The translations under genes were made by a program, and so were the position numbers. The notes beneath the pieces were generated by a model that ran no database searches, was not told where the DNA came from, and was given only the letters and a program-made list of their open reading frames with translations. This document shows, one piece after another, positions 1 through 9,994 of a stretch of DNA of 64,000 bases; within the stretch, counting starts at the first letter, position 1, and the number at the start of each line of letters is the position of its first letter. The stretch is from a virus (taxonomy: Duplodnaviria; Heunggongvirae; Uroviricota; Caudoviricetes), in the IMG/VR virus record IMGVR_UViG_2693429668_000006; one strand, 5' to 3'.

Positions 1-42
1 CGAGTATTTTTAGTCATCCTGTTTACCTCTTTCTCAGGAAGT

Positions 43-198
43 TTAGTCTCCAGGATTCCCGGGGCGGTTCACTCTCTCAAATATGGAAACGTCTTCTATT
101 CCTCGAAGAATGGCTAACATTTTGACCAGTTCATTAGCATCCATTTCTTCGAATAAGGCGTTTTGTTCATCAGCTATCGCTTTGCATTTCTTGCACAT
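43..198 (-). CDS. small hypothetical protein (51 aa, CKKCK motif), below ORF-track size cutoff
   Basis: ATG at 198 preceded by the conserved translation-initiation context (GGAAAAACACATG) and class-B motif; stop at 43-45. Confidence 0.3.
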   Translation of the reverse strand: MCKKCKAIADEQNALFEEMDANELVKMLAILRGIEDVSIFERVNRPGNPGD

Positions 199-214
199 GT
201 GTTTTTCCTAATGC

Positions 215-235
215 TTAAACAAGTTGTTTTCTTAT
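215..235 (-). promoter_or_regulatory. class-B palindromic motif TTAAACAAGTTGTTTTCTTAT (candidate operator/promoter)
   Basis: one of 7 near-identical copies 20-45 nt upstream of minus-strand start codons. Confidence 0.4.
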
Positions 236-495
236 TGGCTTTATTGTGATGTGGCATAAAAGGGGAGCAAGCTAAACGTAAAGGTGCAAACTCTCTATTT
301 CGGTCAACGAAACACAAGGGCCATTTGGCCCTTGTCATTAACACGTTGCTTTACGGACTAGCGGATAAGCGAAGTAGATCGCCAGACCAATGAGGACGCC
401 ATCAGAAATGACAGACATCATCTTTCCCGTAAAATCCACCAACACCGCTATCACCAGAAGAGCAATGACGGTCACAAGCCGGAATCTCTCAAGCA

Positions 496-921
496 TTAGA
501 GATAAGCATCCAGTGACAACTGAAGCGCCTGGGCGATCTTTTTCAGCGCCTGCTCTTCTGGTTCATCAATGCCGTCCTGGTCGGCAATATCAAGGCACAG
601 ACACAGTACATCTACTGCATCATCAGTCCCGGCCACATCCGCCAGCTCACGTAAAGCCTGGGCATTAGCACGGCGCGGTGAGGCTTCGTATTGAGCGCGG
701 ATATTGGCGCTCATCTGGGCAATCTCACCAGCAAAAGGAGAAAATGCAGGCAGAGCTGCAATTGTTTTCTCAAGAATGGAAATTTCTTTTGCATCGCATG
801 TACCGTTGGCATAGGAGATCATGTACCCGCCCCACACGGTGGCTTCAACCGCATCACGGTTCTCCATTTTTTTGACTTCGATAACAGCTTTACGAGTTTT
901 CTTTTTGAAGAAACCTAACAT
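496..921 (-). CDS. hypothetical protein (141 aa); weak TerB-like resemblance in acidic C-terminal part
   Basis: ORF with conserved initiation context at 921; motif DQDGIDEPEE; class-B motif upstream. Confidence 0.45.
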   Translation of the reverse strand: MLGFFKKKTRKAVIEVKKMENRDAVEATVWGGYMISYANGTCDAKEISILEKTIAALPAFSPFAGEIAQMSANIRAQYEASPRRANAQALRELADVAGTDDAVDVLCLCLDIADQDGIDEPEEQALKKIAQALQLSLDAYL

Positions 922-945
922 GTGTTTTCCTTTTGCTATTTGTCA

Positions 946-961
946 AAACAAATTGTTTTCT
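946..961 (-). promoter_or_regulatory. class-B palindromic motif AAAACAAATTGTTTTCT
   Basis: AAACAA/TTGTTT inverted repeat upstream of start at 921. Confidence 0.4.
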
Positions 962-1014
962 GGTTACATAAATTGCTTACGCAAAGACGGTCAATGCATA
1001 TGCACTAACAACCG

Positions 1015-1203
1015 TCAGAAATAACCAAGTACCGAACCGACTGGAAAAATAAAAATCCCAACTACACGAGCCAAGGTCATGCCAGCCTGAAACTGGAGAT
1101 CACCTGAGCAAACGAGTTTTATAATGTTGGATACCCAACCGGCGGCCATGAGAGCCAGAATTGCCAGCCAAATTTTCCCAAAGTGATTTGAAAGCCAGTT
1201 CAT
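1015..1203 (-). CDS. small membrane protein (62 aa)
   Basis: hydrophobic ORF, two predicted TM segments. Confidence 0.4.
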   Translation of the reverse strand: MNWLSNHFGKIWLAILALMAAGWVSNIIKLVCSGDLQFQAGMTLARVVGIFIFPVGSVLGYF

Positions 1204-1212
1204 ACAACCACC

Positions 1213-1707
1213 TTAGTCACAACATGATCCTGAGTAACTGGATGAACTTGAGGTATCGCATCCACCGTCATCCCATCCAGAGTGACAGGACGCTCTACTG
1301 GAGTGGTGGTAATTGTCGTCGACGGAGGTGTGGTGATGGATGAACCCGGCATCAAAAGGCTCTGGCCGGCTGGAACGGCTACCGTCGCCAGTGAAACTAT
1401 AATGAGAACGTAGGCCATTGGTTTCAGCCTCTTTCTTTGAAAATTTTCCATTCGAACTGTCCTTGTTGTTTTTCTCCTTCACTAAAGGCCGTGTACTTTT
1501 CGCTTCGCGTGAAGAACCAGAGGCAACAATCGCCCCCACGTTCGCAACAACTGACGCTTGATTATCTAAACGTTCATTCAGCAACCGAACGGTAGTCTCT
1601 AGTTCATCAAGACGTGACATAACACGACCGCTAAACAATTCGGCCAAAATTTGACGTAAAGAACGAGGACGTTTAGTTGCAGAAGTGAAATAGGTTTGAC
1701 GTGCCAT
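1213..1707 (-). CDS. hypothetical protein; N-terminal ~100 aa look coding, 3-prime extent uncertain (overlaps alternative-frame ORF 1200-1451 with signal-peptide-like start)
   Basis: ORF track; basic/coiled N-terminus; low-complexity C-terminus suggests mis-extended frame. Confidence 0.35.
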   Translation of the reverse strand: MARQTYFTSATKRPRSLRQILAELFSGRVMSRLDELETTVRLLNERLDNQASVVANVGAIVASGSSREAKSTRPLVKEKNNKDSSNGKFSKKEAETNGLRSHYSFTGDGSRSSRPEPFDAGFIHHHTSVDDNYHHSSRASCHSGWDDGGCDTSSSSSYSGSCCD

Positions 1708-1855
1708 GTGGACTCCATCCAGTGTCAGAAAGAGTTGCGGCTGGCGATCGCCAGCCGCCTTTCTCGTTCCATCCTGGAACTGTGTCTTACCGACACATTG
1801 TCATCCTGACGCTGATAAGATACATGATTTAAAATGATAGGTAAACACTTACTTA

Positions 1856-2446
1856 CTACTTGTTATAAACAAAACCAATATCTTTCTTGTGAGGCATATC
1901 TGCTGCTGAAAAAGCTGCGATCTTCGCGAGTCGATCACATATTTCATTTTCACGATGCCCGGCGTGACCTTTAACCCACTTCCAGCGAACATTATGTCGA
2001 CTTGCGGCCTCATCCAGACGCTTCCACAGATCAACATTCTTTACCGGTTTTTTGTCAGAAGTCATCCATCCATTGCGTTTCCACCATTTCATCCACTGTG
2101 TCATGCCGTTTTTCAGATACTGGCTATCAGAGTACAAAATAACGTTGCATGGATATTTCAAACGCTCCAGCCCGATAAGTGCCCCCATCATCTCCATGCG
2201 GTTATTGGTGGTGCTATGAAAACCATCTGAGAACTCGCGTTCCTCACCACCATACTGGAGAACTATACCGTAACCGCCCGGGCCACCCGGATTTTTAAGG
2301 CAAGAGCCATCACTGAAGATTTTCACGGTTTTAAGCTGGGGATTGAACTCTACGACAGGCGTTGTGGAATTGGTGCGGGGAGAATTTTTGTTTTTGTCAT
2401 TTTTGCGAGTTTTTGCTTGCGATCGGGCTGGTGTCTTCGTCGTCAT
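1856..2446 (-). CDS. rnhA: ribonuclease HI
   Basis: RNase H domain motifs (FSDGSC..., ...[14 protein letters not shown]); ATG at 2446 with GGAG RBS; longer track ORF start rejected. Confidence 0.85.
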   Translation of the reverse strand: MTTKTPARSQAKTRKNDKNKNSPRTNSTTPVVEFNPQLKTVKIFSDGSCLKNPGGPGGYGIVLQYGGEEREFSDGFHSTTNNRMEMMGALIGLERLKYPCNVILYSDSQYLKNGMTQWMKWWKRNGWMTSDKKPVKNVDLWKRLDEAASRHNVRWKWVKGHAGHRENEICDRLAKIAAFSAADMPHKKDIGFVYNK

Positions 2447-3031
2447 ATAAACTCCTGAATCAAGCGCCGCGCCGATTTTTTTTCCTCGCGCGTGCGCACA
2501 CGCGTGCGTGTTAATAATTATTAAAATAAACAAATTACTTCCCAGAACAGGTTTTTATAAACCTGAACTGAACGAACGAAGTGAGTGAAGTTCACCTCGA
2601 ACGAAGTGAGAGGTTGTCTTTTCAGGTAATACTCTCCCAGGGAGGTGAGTACAAAATTTCCTCACCAACCTGGTCGTTTCATAACCTGAAAAGTTATGAC
2701 CTAAGTCTACTGCCAGCTTAGGCTTGGGAAGTTATGGATGACAGCACCCCAGAACCGAGATCTTCCCACACTTTATGAAGGGGAGTACTGGATTCAACCT
2801 CTCGAAACACCCCAGACTCGACAATCATAAAGTGACCCTTGTCTCTGCTCACTTTGGTTCCCCCTTCCCCAACCCCTAAACGGTGCCGGTTCTACGCTGG
2901 TAGTGAGCTTTTTTAAACCTGACGCCAGTGACGCTTACCCCCACCCATCAGGTCGAGCCTCCAATCTACGACTGGAAACTATCAGATCTTAGCACTTACA
3001 ATTCACTTTATGAATAGTTTGTACTTATCTA

Positions 3032-3286
3032 TCATTTCGATTGATTATTTTTTCGACCATGTAGTTGAACATTCAAGGCAAACACCTCGTTGATCAACTC
3101 ACCTAAAAGCTGTTCAACAAGTTCGCGATGCTCCCCAAGATGCAAGCACTTAATTGCCCATTCGTACAAGTTGAAAGCCTGCTCACGATCTTTCATCATT
3201 TCACGAGCCTGGGCCAGAAAATCGCTCTCTACGAGCGCAACGACATTAGTCGGGTATGACATGTTGGTTTCCTTAAAGTGGTTCAT
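3032..3286 (-). CDS. hypothetical protein (84 aa)
   Basis: ORF track, same strand as neighbours. Confidence 0.4.
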   Translation of the reverse strand: MNHFKETNMSYPTNVVALVESDFLAQAREMMKDREQAFNLYEWAIKCLHLGEHRELVEQLLGELINEVFALNVQLHGRKNNQSK

Positions 3287-3368
3287 AAAATCGATTTTAA
3301 AGCGTCTGGGAAGGGGTTCTAGTGGATTCTGTAGTGGTGTTCAGGTCTGGGAGTCTCTGATATAAAAC

Positions 3369-3427
3369 AGCCTGCTTCCGTATATTAATAATTAATATGT
3401 AGTTATTTATATATACAGAAGCAGGCT
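3369..3427 (-). terminator. composite hairpin element: 10-bp GC stem (AGCCTGCTTC/GAAGCAGGCT) around 39-nt AT-rich loop, T-rich tail on minus strand
   Basis: perfect inverted repeat immediately downstream of the stop of gene 3449-4042; second copy at 53541-53599. Confidence 0.5.
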
Positions 3428-3448
3428 AATTACAGACGCCAGAACAAA

Positions 3449-4042
3449 CTAAGCAGCCTTCTTTGATGGTCTTTTTTTCCTGATCACATTCGCAGGATCA
3501 TACCCTCCCAGACTTTTCATGACGTCCAAAGGGATCTTGCTTATAGAGTGCCCAGCGTCCTGACAGAATCCTCGAAAAACAACGAGCATACTGCCACCTG
3601 GGTTGATGTTTACTTCTACCTGACCCAGATTTACGTCAGGCTCGACAAACGCTACGCGGCCACCAGACAGAATAATCGTCTCATTCGCACACTCTGTTGC
3701 ACGCTCATACCACTTTGTATCTAGGGATTGAGGAATTAGCATCACTGTTGTAACTCCACGAGCCTGCTCACGTATAGCCGCATCAATCCAGGGGGAGATT
3801 TTGGAGTAGGGTGGATTGAGGAAGGCAATTGTACCTGGCTGTCCCCATTCAGATTTCAAAGCATCACGCTCAACGCCTATGAAATTAGGCAGCTTTGCAT
3901 TGTCCTTGTTGCAGGCAACGTCAACATCAAATGTCACTCCAAGATAACGTTGAATGGCAGAAAACAGCCAGTCAGGTGTTCTCCAGAGGTCACGAAGAGA
4001 GTTGTCGCGCTTTCGCTGTTTGATTTTTTCGGCTGCAATCAT
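3449..4042 (-). CDS. DNA N6-adenine methyltransferase (phage Dam-like family)
   Basis: NPPY catalytic motif (FLNPPYS), WRTPDWLF N-terminal motif typical of phage N6A-MTases. Confidence 0.65.
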   Translation of the reverse strand: MIAAEKIKQRKRDNSLRDLWRTPDWLFSAIQRYLGVTFDVDVACNKDNAKLPNFIGVERDALKSEWGQPGTIAFLNPPYSKISPWIDAAIREQARGVTTVMLIPQSLDTKWYERATECANETIILSGGRVAFVEPDVNLGQVEVNINPGGSMLVVFRGFCQDAGHSISKIPLDVMKSLGGYDPANVIRKKRPSKKAA

Positions 4043-4052
4043 CTTCTTTCTC

Positions 4053-4073
4053 GATAGGTAAGTATATACCTAT
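4053..4073 (-). promoter_or_regulatory. class-A palindromic motif GATAGGTAAGTATATACCTAT
   Basis: recurrent motif family (13 copies) just upstream of minus-strand genes. Confidence 0.45.
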
Positions 4074-4225
4074 TTTTGCATTTGATTTTATGTCTGGCAA
4101 TCAAATAAAACGCGCCAGAAATGCAAACGAGAAGCTCTCTGGCGCGTTTTTGTGGTGCTGGGTATGTGATTGGCTTACCCAGTACTATAAAGCTCTCTAT
4201 GGGCTTTATTTTAAGTAGGGGAACG

Positions 4226-5035
4226 TCATCCAATAGTGTACTCCGCGACAAACTTCTTAACGATCGGTGATTCTTCGTTCAATGTTAGATTTCCACCGTC
4301 TCTAACGGCAATTCCTGTCGCTGGAAATACAGCCATCATTTGCCCAGCCTGAGTTGACGCAGTGTTAAGCGGATACGGTTTTTCTGGATTGCTCATTAAA
4401 GCAATCTTAATACTATTACTTGTAGCCTTCTTTTCTGTGAGAAGGTGTCTCATGGAAATTACCGTGTAAACACTAATATCTGGACCTCCGCTAAACCAAT
4501 TAAGAAGGTTTAATATCTTATCCTTTGCTTTGACAGGCGCGTTATCGTAAGCGTCTAAGAAAATATCTTTTTCTAAGCCCGCTTTATTGAAAAACGAATC
4601 ATCTTTATCACTTAAAGTAAAACGAGGACCTCTTGCAGTACGCGCTTTTTTATTTGTATTGCTATCATTTGACTGTTGAACTTTTAATTCATCATTAACC
4701 TCAACACACTCTTCAACCTCAATAAATCCCAATTGTTCTGGCTCGTTTTCGGCAGCTTCAACACTTTCAGCGTTAATTACGTTTATAGGCTCATGCGCTA
4801 ACTCCAACTCATTTAAAGCAGAGCTGAAATCACCTGCTTTTTCTTCATTGAACAGTTCTTCGGCAACATCATCAGAACTCATGGCTACGCCAGCATCTAG
4901 GCCGAGCAGCAGATCGTCAATATCATCAGTATTTTCAACCTGTGCAGCTTTTTTTACTGGTTCATCAAGTGATTGCAACATGGCTGTCAGCTCGTCCAGA
5001 TCATCATTTGTCATTACATTTTCAACCGAACTCAT
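4226..5035 (-). CDS. acidic hypothetical protein (269 aa)
   Basis: ORF track; Asp/Glu-rich N-terminal half. Confidence 0.5.
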   Translation of the reverse strand: MSSVENVMTNDDLDELTAMLQSLDEPVKKAAQVENTDDIDDLLLGLDAGVAMSSDDVAEELFNEEKAGDFSSALNELELAHEPINVINAESVEAAENEPEQLGFIEVEECVEVNDELKVQQSNDSNTNKKARTARGPRFTLSDKDDSFFNKAGLEKDIFLDAYDNAPVKAKDKILNLLNWFSGGPDISVYTVISMRHLLTEKKATSNSIKIALMSNPEKPYPLNTASTQAGQMMAVFPATGIAVRDGGNLTLNEESPIVKKFVAEYTIG

Positions 5036-5193
5036 GTAAGTCTCCTTCTGTTTGGTTACATTTGCGTTTCGATGGCTGCATTTTGACTAAACCTATCAGG
5101 CGGAAAAGTATTAAATACAGGCAGAAAATGATTGAAAGGCGACTGTTCTTTAAAAAAAAGCCTACTTTAAACTTTTTAAAGTAGGCTTTTGTT

Positions 5194-5751
5194 TTACACA
5201 ATTTCAGAGGGTAATTTAAAAAATCCGTACTTATTACGTGCCTTAAAGAAGCATTGCATCATTAAGTTTGTGTCATATAAGGCACTATGTGCTTTGGCAT
5301 GATCGTATATAAAGCCAAGAGAGAAGGCCAACTCTTCAAGGCGGGGACGTTTACCGTCTTCTGTGGCCCACAATCCCGATAACATAGTATCTATAACAGG
5401 AACTTCTGGCAGTCTTACTCCATACCCTGAAAACTCGTGTCGAATAAATGGTATATCAAATGCTTCGCCGTTATGAGCAACCCACACACTACATGCCCCC
5501 ATATAAGCGCCAATTTCGCTGGCATGATTTGACAACAAAGGTTCAGCTGCGAGCTGTTCCAATGAAATGCCATGAACGGCTTGAGCTTTCGGATCTATGT
5601 TTCTGCGAGGGTTAAAACGCATCTCCAGACTATCAATATGTCTCTGTGTCTCCAGTTCATAGCGGGTAATTGCGATTTCAATAATTTTATGACCAGCAAG
5701 GAAATCCAGTCCCGTAGACTCGATATCGATGCCTGCAACAATCGTTGTCAT
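5194..5751 (-). CDS. DEDDh 3-prime-5-prime exonuclease (DnaQ-like)
   Basis: Exo I GIDIESTGL, Exo II HNGEAFDIPF, Exo III HSALYDT motifs. Confidence 0.7.
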   Translation of the reverse strand: MTTIVAGIDIESTGLDFLAGHKIIEIAITRYELETQRHIDSLEMRFNPRRNIDPKAQAVHGISLEQLAAEPLLSNHASEIGAYMGACSVWVAHNGEAFDIPFIRHEFSGYGVRLPEVPVIDTMLSGLWATEDGKRPRLEELAFSLGFIYDHAKAHSALYDTNLMMQCFFKARNKYGFFKLPSEIV

Positions 5752-5760
5752 CAGAACTCC

Positions 5761-6180
5761 TTACAACTTCTTAGCGCCCTTAAGTAGTGCGCTACGTACA
5801 AATTGAGCCGCTTTTTTCAAAGTTTCTTCACTGGTTTCACAGACAATCGGATCTTTCCACTTACCTGACGCAGTGTTGAGAATATTGATTTGGTTGCTAT
5901 CCAGACAAACAGAGATATAAAGCACCGTGCCACCAGCCAGCATCAAATGCATAGGAAACAGAGGCTTTTTACTGCCTTCACTGAACTGAGACATGGCGAT
6001 GTTAATGGCTTCACCTACTTGTGCGCCAACAAGCCCCTGCGCAGTTTCGAATATGGCACGAATAGCCAGACGAGCCTCTCGATCGCTCATAAGCGACCGG
6101 GAATGTTCGTCCGCTACACGAATCAAAGCCTCTGTTGTTTTCCGATCCAGTTCATCTTCAAGCAACATTTCACTAAACAT
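5761..6180 (-). CDS. hypothetical protein (139 aa)
   Basis: ORF track. Confidence 0.45.
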   Translation of the reverse strand: MFSEMLLEDELDRKTTEALIRVADEHSRSLMSDREARLAIRAIFETAQGLVGAQVGEAINIAMSQFSEGSKKPLFPMHLMLAGGTVLYISVCLDSNQINILNTASGKWKDPIVCETSEETLKKAAQFVRSALLKGAKKL

Positions 6181-6241
6181 TTTTTATCCTTAACCCATTT
6201 TGAGAGTTTTATTGTCGCAATGTCGAAGAGGCGAACAATTT

Positions 6242-6886
6242 CTAATGAACGGTTACTCGGCCACAGAACCGGTTTTCTATCTTTTCTACAGCGTTATCTA
6301 GCATTCTCATCACTGATCTGGCTCTTGCTTCAACCGTGCGATATCGGTTGGAAACGACGAAGGTTTGCAGATCTCCCCTTTGCGGATGCAGGTGAATTTT
6401 TGTCAGTTCCCCGCACATCAACGCATCAATACGAGCGACATACAGACGGTCTAATGATGCTCGTTGTGATCGCAAGTAATCTCGCTCTGAGAGAGCGACC
6501 CCCGGGCGTAGGCCAGCAATGGCGTTAAAGTTTGAAATAGCAGTTTTGTGGCAAAACTTTTCGATATCGAGGGCTAACTCAATACACCGATCTTCATTTG
6601 TATGGCCGACCAAATCCAACGTGTAGGCCATAACATCAGCAGGTGTGCGATCGATAACAAAGCCTTCAACACCACGTGTAAGTAGCTCTATATGCTTTGC
6701 TATTTCCATTTGAATCTGAAGCCGCTCATATAGAGGCATAGACTCACCTACTCGAACACCGAGGCGGCTCATCAAACTTCCGACACCAGCATCCACGTAA
6801 GGGATTCCGTAATGTTTGTCGATATATTTAGCCAGGGTTGTTTTCCCACTGCCCTGAGCACCAGTGATCCCAATCCGGTAATCCAT
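6242..6886 (-). CDS. P-loop nucleotide kinase-like protein (possible dNMP kinase)
   Basis: Walker A GAQGSGKTT near N-terminus; sits in nucleotide-metabolism block. Confidence 0.5.
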   Translation of the reverse strand: MDYRIGITGAQGSGKTTLAKYIDKHYGIPYVDAGVGSLMSRLGVRVGESMPLYERLQIQMEIAKHIELLTRGVEGFVIDRTPADVMAYTLDLVGHTNEDRCIELALDIEKFCHKTAISNFNAIAGLRPGVALSERDYLRSQRASLDRLYVARIDALMCGELTKIHLHPQRGDLQTFVVSNRYRTVEARARSVMRMLDNAVEKIENRFCGRVTVH

Positions 6887-7362
6887 TACGACCTTCTGTA
6901 TACGATCTGCGAAAAGCCAGGCTCTTCCTCGCTGGCTCGTTGGGTATAAGCTGTTTCAACAGGCACAAAGCCTAAGTTACGCATCATGCTTGCCGGGAAG
7001 AATGCATCGGCGTTTGGTACATCAACGCCGATGTGGGAGAGCCAAATCTCTTCAACATGCGGCATGAATAGCGAGTAAATTTGTTCCCCGCCAATCACCC
7101 ACACAGGCTCTGGTAATCGCAACACATCATCCACACCAGCAGGGTAGAATCCATTTGGTACAAAGCCATGAGAGCGCGTCAAAACGAGGTTATGACGCTC
7201 TGGAAGAGGGCGTTTGAGACTTTCCATCGTTTTACGCCCCATAACGACAGTGGCGTTTTTGGTGAGTCTCTTAAATAGCTTCAGATCGGTAGAACAACGC
7301 CAGGGCAGTTCGTTCGCTATGCCGATCTCATAGTTACGGCCAACAGCAGCGATCATCTTCAT
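6886..7362 (-). CDS. folA: dihydrofolate reductase
   Basis: collinear with E. coli DHFR (IAAVGRN...LPW..DL..FK..T....VVMGRKT..S..RPLP.R.N.VLTR...VIGG..IY). Confidence 0.85.
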   Translation of the reverse strand: MKMIAAVGRNYEIGIANELPWRCSTDLKLFKRLTKNATVVMGRKTMESLKRPLPERHNLVLTRSHGFVPNGFYPAGVDDVLRLPEPVWVIGGEQIYSLFMPHVEEIWLSHIGVDVPNADAFFPASMMRNLGFVPVETAYTQRASEEEPGFSQIVYRRS

Positions 7363-7820
7363 TTGCTCACCTCATAGATGACCGGTCGATGGTGAGAGTC
7401 GGCTAAAGCGGCACGGAGTCGAGGATCGTGCACCAGCGCAGCGATAAGCAGATCGCCTTTATGCTCCGCTAATGTGCGCTTAATATGCTTCTCATAACTG
7501 GTGCCATTCGGTACGAGATGAAGCCAGTCATAATCAACGCCAAAATCTTTCAGCCATCGTTTAGTTGGCGCTTCAAGAGTTTCAGAGCGGCTACTGATAA
7601 GCACCACTTCAGCCCCTGAGCGAGCAAAACCACGCAACATACGGCTGGTGGGGAAAATGAGTTCATCACCGGCAATGAGCTGGCCTGCATCCGCGTCAGA
7701 TACTGATTTACGATGGCTGGCATTTGCCAGCACACCTTCAATTTCGCATAAGACATACATACCTCTTGCCATATCACACCGCCACTGGAACCTTGATCCA
7801 CGGTAGAGGGTCATAGCCAA
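7359..7820 (-). CDS. hypothetical protein; possible HAD-like fold (true start likely internal Met)
   Basis: ORF track; weak HAD-like motif spacing; not confirmed. Confidence 0.35.
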   Translation of the reverse strand: MAMTLYRGSRFQWRCDMARGMYVLCEIEGVLANASHRKSVSDADAGQLIAGDELIFPTSRMLRGFARSGAEVVLISSRSETLEAPTKRWLKDFGVDYDWLHLVPNGTSYEKHIKRTLAEHKGDLLIAALVHDPRLRAALADSHHRPVIYEVSK

Positions 7821-8877
7821 GAATTAAAACCTCGTCCCATTTGAAATCATCCAACTCTGACCATTCATGAGGGAAAATAACGACCGGATCTGAATGCTCT
7901 GGAGCCTGTCGTTTCATTAGCTCACACACACCTTCCATGTGGTTGTTGTACAAATGCACGTCAAAGCCAAAATGCACAAATGCACCGGCCATGTGACCCG
8001 TAATCTTCGCGAGAAAATGAGTGAGAATGCCATAGCCAGCAATATTGAATGGCATACCAACAAAAGTGTCTACGCTACGCTGTACGAGGCAGGAGTTGAG
8101 GATGCGTTTGGGGATTCCAAGTTCATCCAGTTCAGCTTCAGTAACACTGCCGTCCATCTCCAGATCGTATAGCATCTTGGTGTAGATAGACTCGTAACCG
8201 AGGCGACTGTGTTGAAGACCAATGTCAGTTGCCATCGTTAAACGGGTTTCAAAATCCAGCTCACGACTCCACAAAGAGAAGACAAAGTGGCAAGGTGGCA
8301 GTTTCATATCCTCAAGCTCGCCTACGTTCCATGCGTTAAGCATGATGCGACGATCGGTAGGGTTCGTGCGCAGTGTATCGACAATACGCTGTAGCTGATC
8401 GATTTCACGGGACAGCACTACGCGATCTTCACTGATACCCAGGTATCCCTCGACTTTGTACCCGCGTTCACGGAAAGTAGCGATCTTGCTCAGATATTCA
8501 CTATGGCTCACGATGCGGGTATCTTCCCATCGACGCCACTGCTTACCGTAAACCGGCCCCAAATCGCCATTCTCATCGGCCCATGCATCCCAAATCTTAA
8601 CGCCGTTATCCTTGAGAAATTGGATGTTGCCCGTGCCTTTCAGATACCACTCAAGTTCGACAAGTAGTGGCTTAAGATTTACCGCCTTTCCAGAAATAAG
8701 CGGCACAGTCCCACCAGTAAGCATGTAGTAAGAGGGAACGTAGCAGGTGCTTAAAGTACCAGTGCCTGTGCGATCATCAGCCTGCACGCCGCTTTTAAGC
8801 ACCGTCTCAATAACTTTTGCATACGATGCGTTTGTTACCTGACCGTTCGTATGCTCTCGATTCAAAAGGAGTGACAC
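7774..8877 (-). CDS. thyA: thymidylate synthase (GTG start, ~100-aa insertion relative to E. coli ThyA)
   Basis: DRTGTGT, GDLGPVYGKQWR, LPPCH active-site motifs; GAGG RBS before GTG at 8877. Confidence 0.85.
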   Translation of the reverse strand: MSLLLNREHTNGQVTNASYAKVIETVLKSGVQADDRTGTGTLSTCYVPSYYMLTGGTVPLISGKAVNLKPLLVELEWYLKGTGNIQFLKDNGVKIWDAWADENGDLGPVYGKQWRRWEDTRIVSHSEYLSKIATFRERGYKVEGYLGISEDRVVLSREIDQLQRIVDTLRTNPTDRRIMLNAWNVGELEDMKLPPCHFVFSLWSRELDFETRLTMATDIGLQHSRLGYESIYTKMLYDLEMDGSVTEAELDELGIPKRILNSCLVQRSVDTFVGMPFNIAGYGILTHFLAKITGHMAGAFVHFGFDVHLYNNHMEGVCELMKRQAPEHSDPVVIFPHEWSELDDFKWDEVLILGYDPLPWIKVPVAV

Positions 8878-8890
8878 AAAAACCTCACAA

Positions 8891-8913
8891 AGATAAGTAA
8901 TTACTTATTCATC
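8891..8913 (-). promoter_or_regulatory. class-A palindromic motif AGATAAGTAATTACTTATTCATC
   Basis: immediately upstream of thyA RBS. Confidence 0.45.
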
Positions 8914-8954
8914 GTGTGAGTTTACATTCATTGAGAGAACAAGACCAGACAGAT

Positions 8955-8980
8955 AAAAAAATGGTGGCCATAGGCCACCA
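8955..8980 (-). terminator. rho-independent terminator (minus strand)
   Basis: hairpin TGGTGGCC-ATA-GGCCACCA followed on minus strand by T7 run. Confidence 0.6.
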
Positions 8981-9047
8981 AAACGAATAGTCATTCCAGA
9001 GTTTTATTACGCATGTTAAATATACACAGATAGATAACTACCTACAA

Positions 9048-9917
9048 TTATTTTTTGATCATTCCGTACATTGCTGAGGCTTTAGCTTGCTCAACAAAGG
9101 AGGATAAATCGACATCACTATAGGTTGGAGACTTCAGAATCTTTCCATCGGAAATTCGAAAACCGATCATCTTATCGGTGCCATCAGCATGGCGGAATCC
9201 CAGATCTGAAGAGTCGTATTTGCAGTTGGCCACAGCCTGGCGACGTTCCTCAACATCAGCAGGCCATAATTTTGTCATGTTAGACCGATGAATTTCGCCA
9301 ACCAGCTCGACGACATTGATACCGAGGAAATCAGCCAGTCGATAAGTCATCATGCACGCCACATAGATTTTGTTCATTACACGGCGCAGTTCCTGAATCA
9401 GCTCAGAATCCTTAACAGTCTTCTTCTCAAGTTTATCTGCCAGCTCTTCGAGCATACATGACGCCTCACGAGCTTCCTGAAATGGCATTGCCATATCATC
9501 GAAAACAGTGTTACCGGGCACAAAAATTGTCTGCATAAAGCGATCAATGCTCTGTTCCTGCGTGTAATAGGTCATGCCGGTAGAAATACCACCTTTGATG
9601 GCGACCATCGTACCAACACCAACGTATAAAAAGTCGGCCATTGCATCCAGCAGTTGCTCAATATCCCCATTCATTGCGGCTGGAATACCTTCCACTACAG
9701 CTTCTTCATGAATCAGGCTTGCACGGAGACGAAGCAGCTCTGGTGTCGGCATAACGCGTCTCGGATGCTGGAAGAGTTCATGAAACTGATCGACCATCTT
9801 GTAAATACTTTCAGTAGCTACACCATGACCTTCATGCAACTCATATGGTTCTGGCTTAAATCCAATGAGTCGATCGGTGGCAAGTTTCAGGTGGTCAGTC
9901 AGTTTGGTAAAGTTCAT
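9048..9917 (-). CDS. hypothetical protein (289 aa), function unresolved
   Basis: ATG at 9917 (MNFTKL...) with RBS; longer track ORF overlaps nrdB and is rejected. Confidence 0.5.
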   Translation of the reverse strand: MNFTKLTDHLKLATDRLIGFKPEPYELHEGHGVATESIYKMVDQFHELFQHPRRVMPTPELLRLRASLIHEEAVVEGIPAAMNGDIEQLLDAMADFLYVGVGTMVAIKGGISTGMTYYTQEQSIDRFMQTIFVPGNTVFDDMAMPFQEAREASCMLEELADKLEKKTVKDSELIQELRRVMNKIYVACMMTYRLADFLGINVVELVGEIHRSNMTKLWPADVEERRQAVANCKYDSSDLGFRHADGTDKMIGFRISDGKILKSPTYSDVDLSSFVEQAKASAMYGMIKK

Positions 9918-9994
9918 GCTAGTTTTGTTCCTTCTTAATTCTTGTGATCCATTGTGGCCCAGCGTTGCCAGGCCACATAATGCTTTGTATCGGT

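Noticed and set aside
5890-6528. Plus-strand 212-aa ORF 5890-6528 and other plus-strand ORFs antisense to minus-strand genes (for example 390-668, 26974-27384, 33183-33834, 46136-46795)
   Set aside because: Antisense to well-supported coding genes, no RBS, biased composition typical of shadow ORFs.
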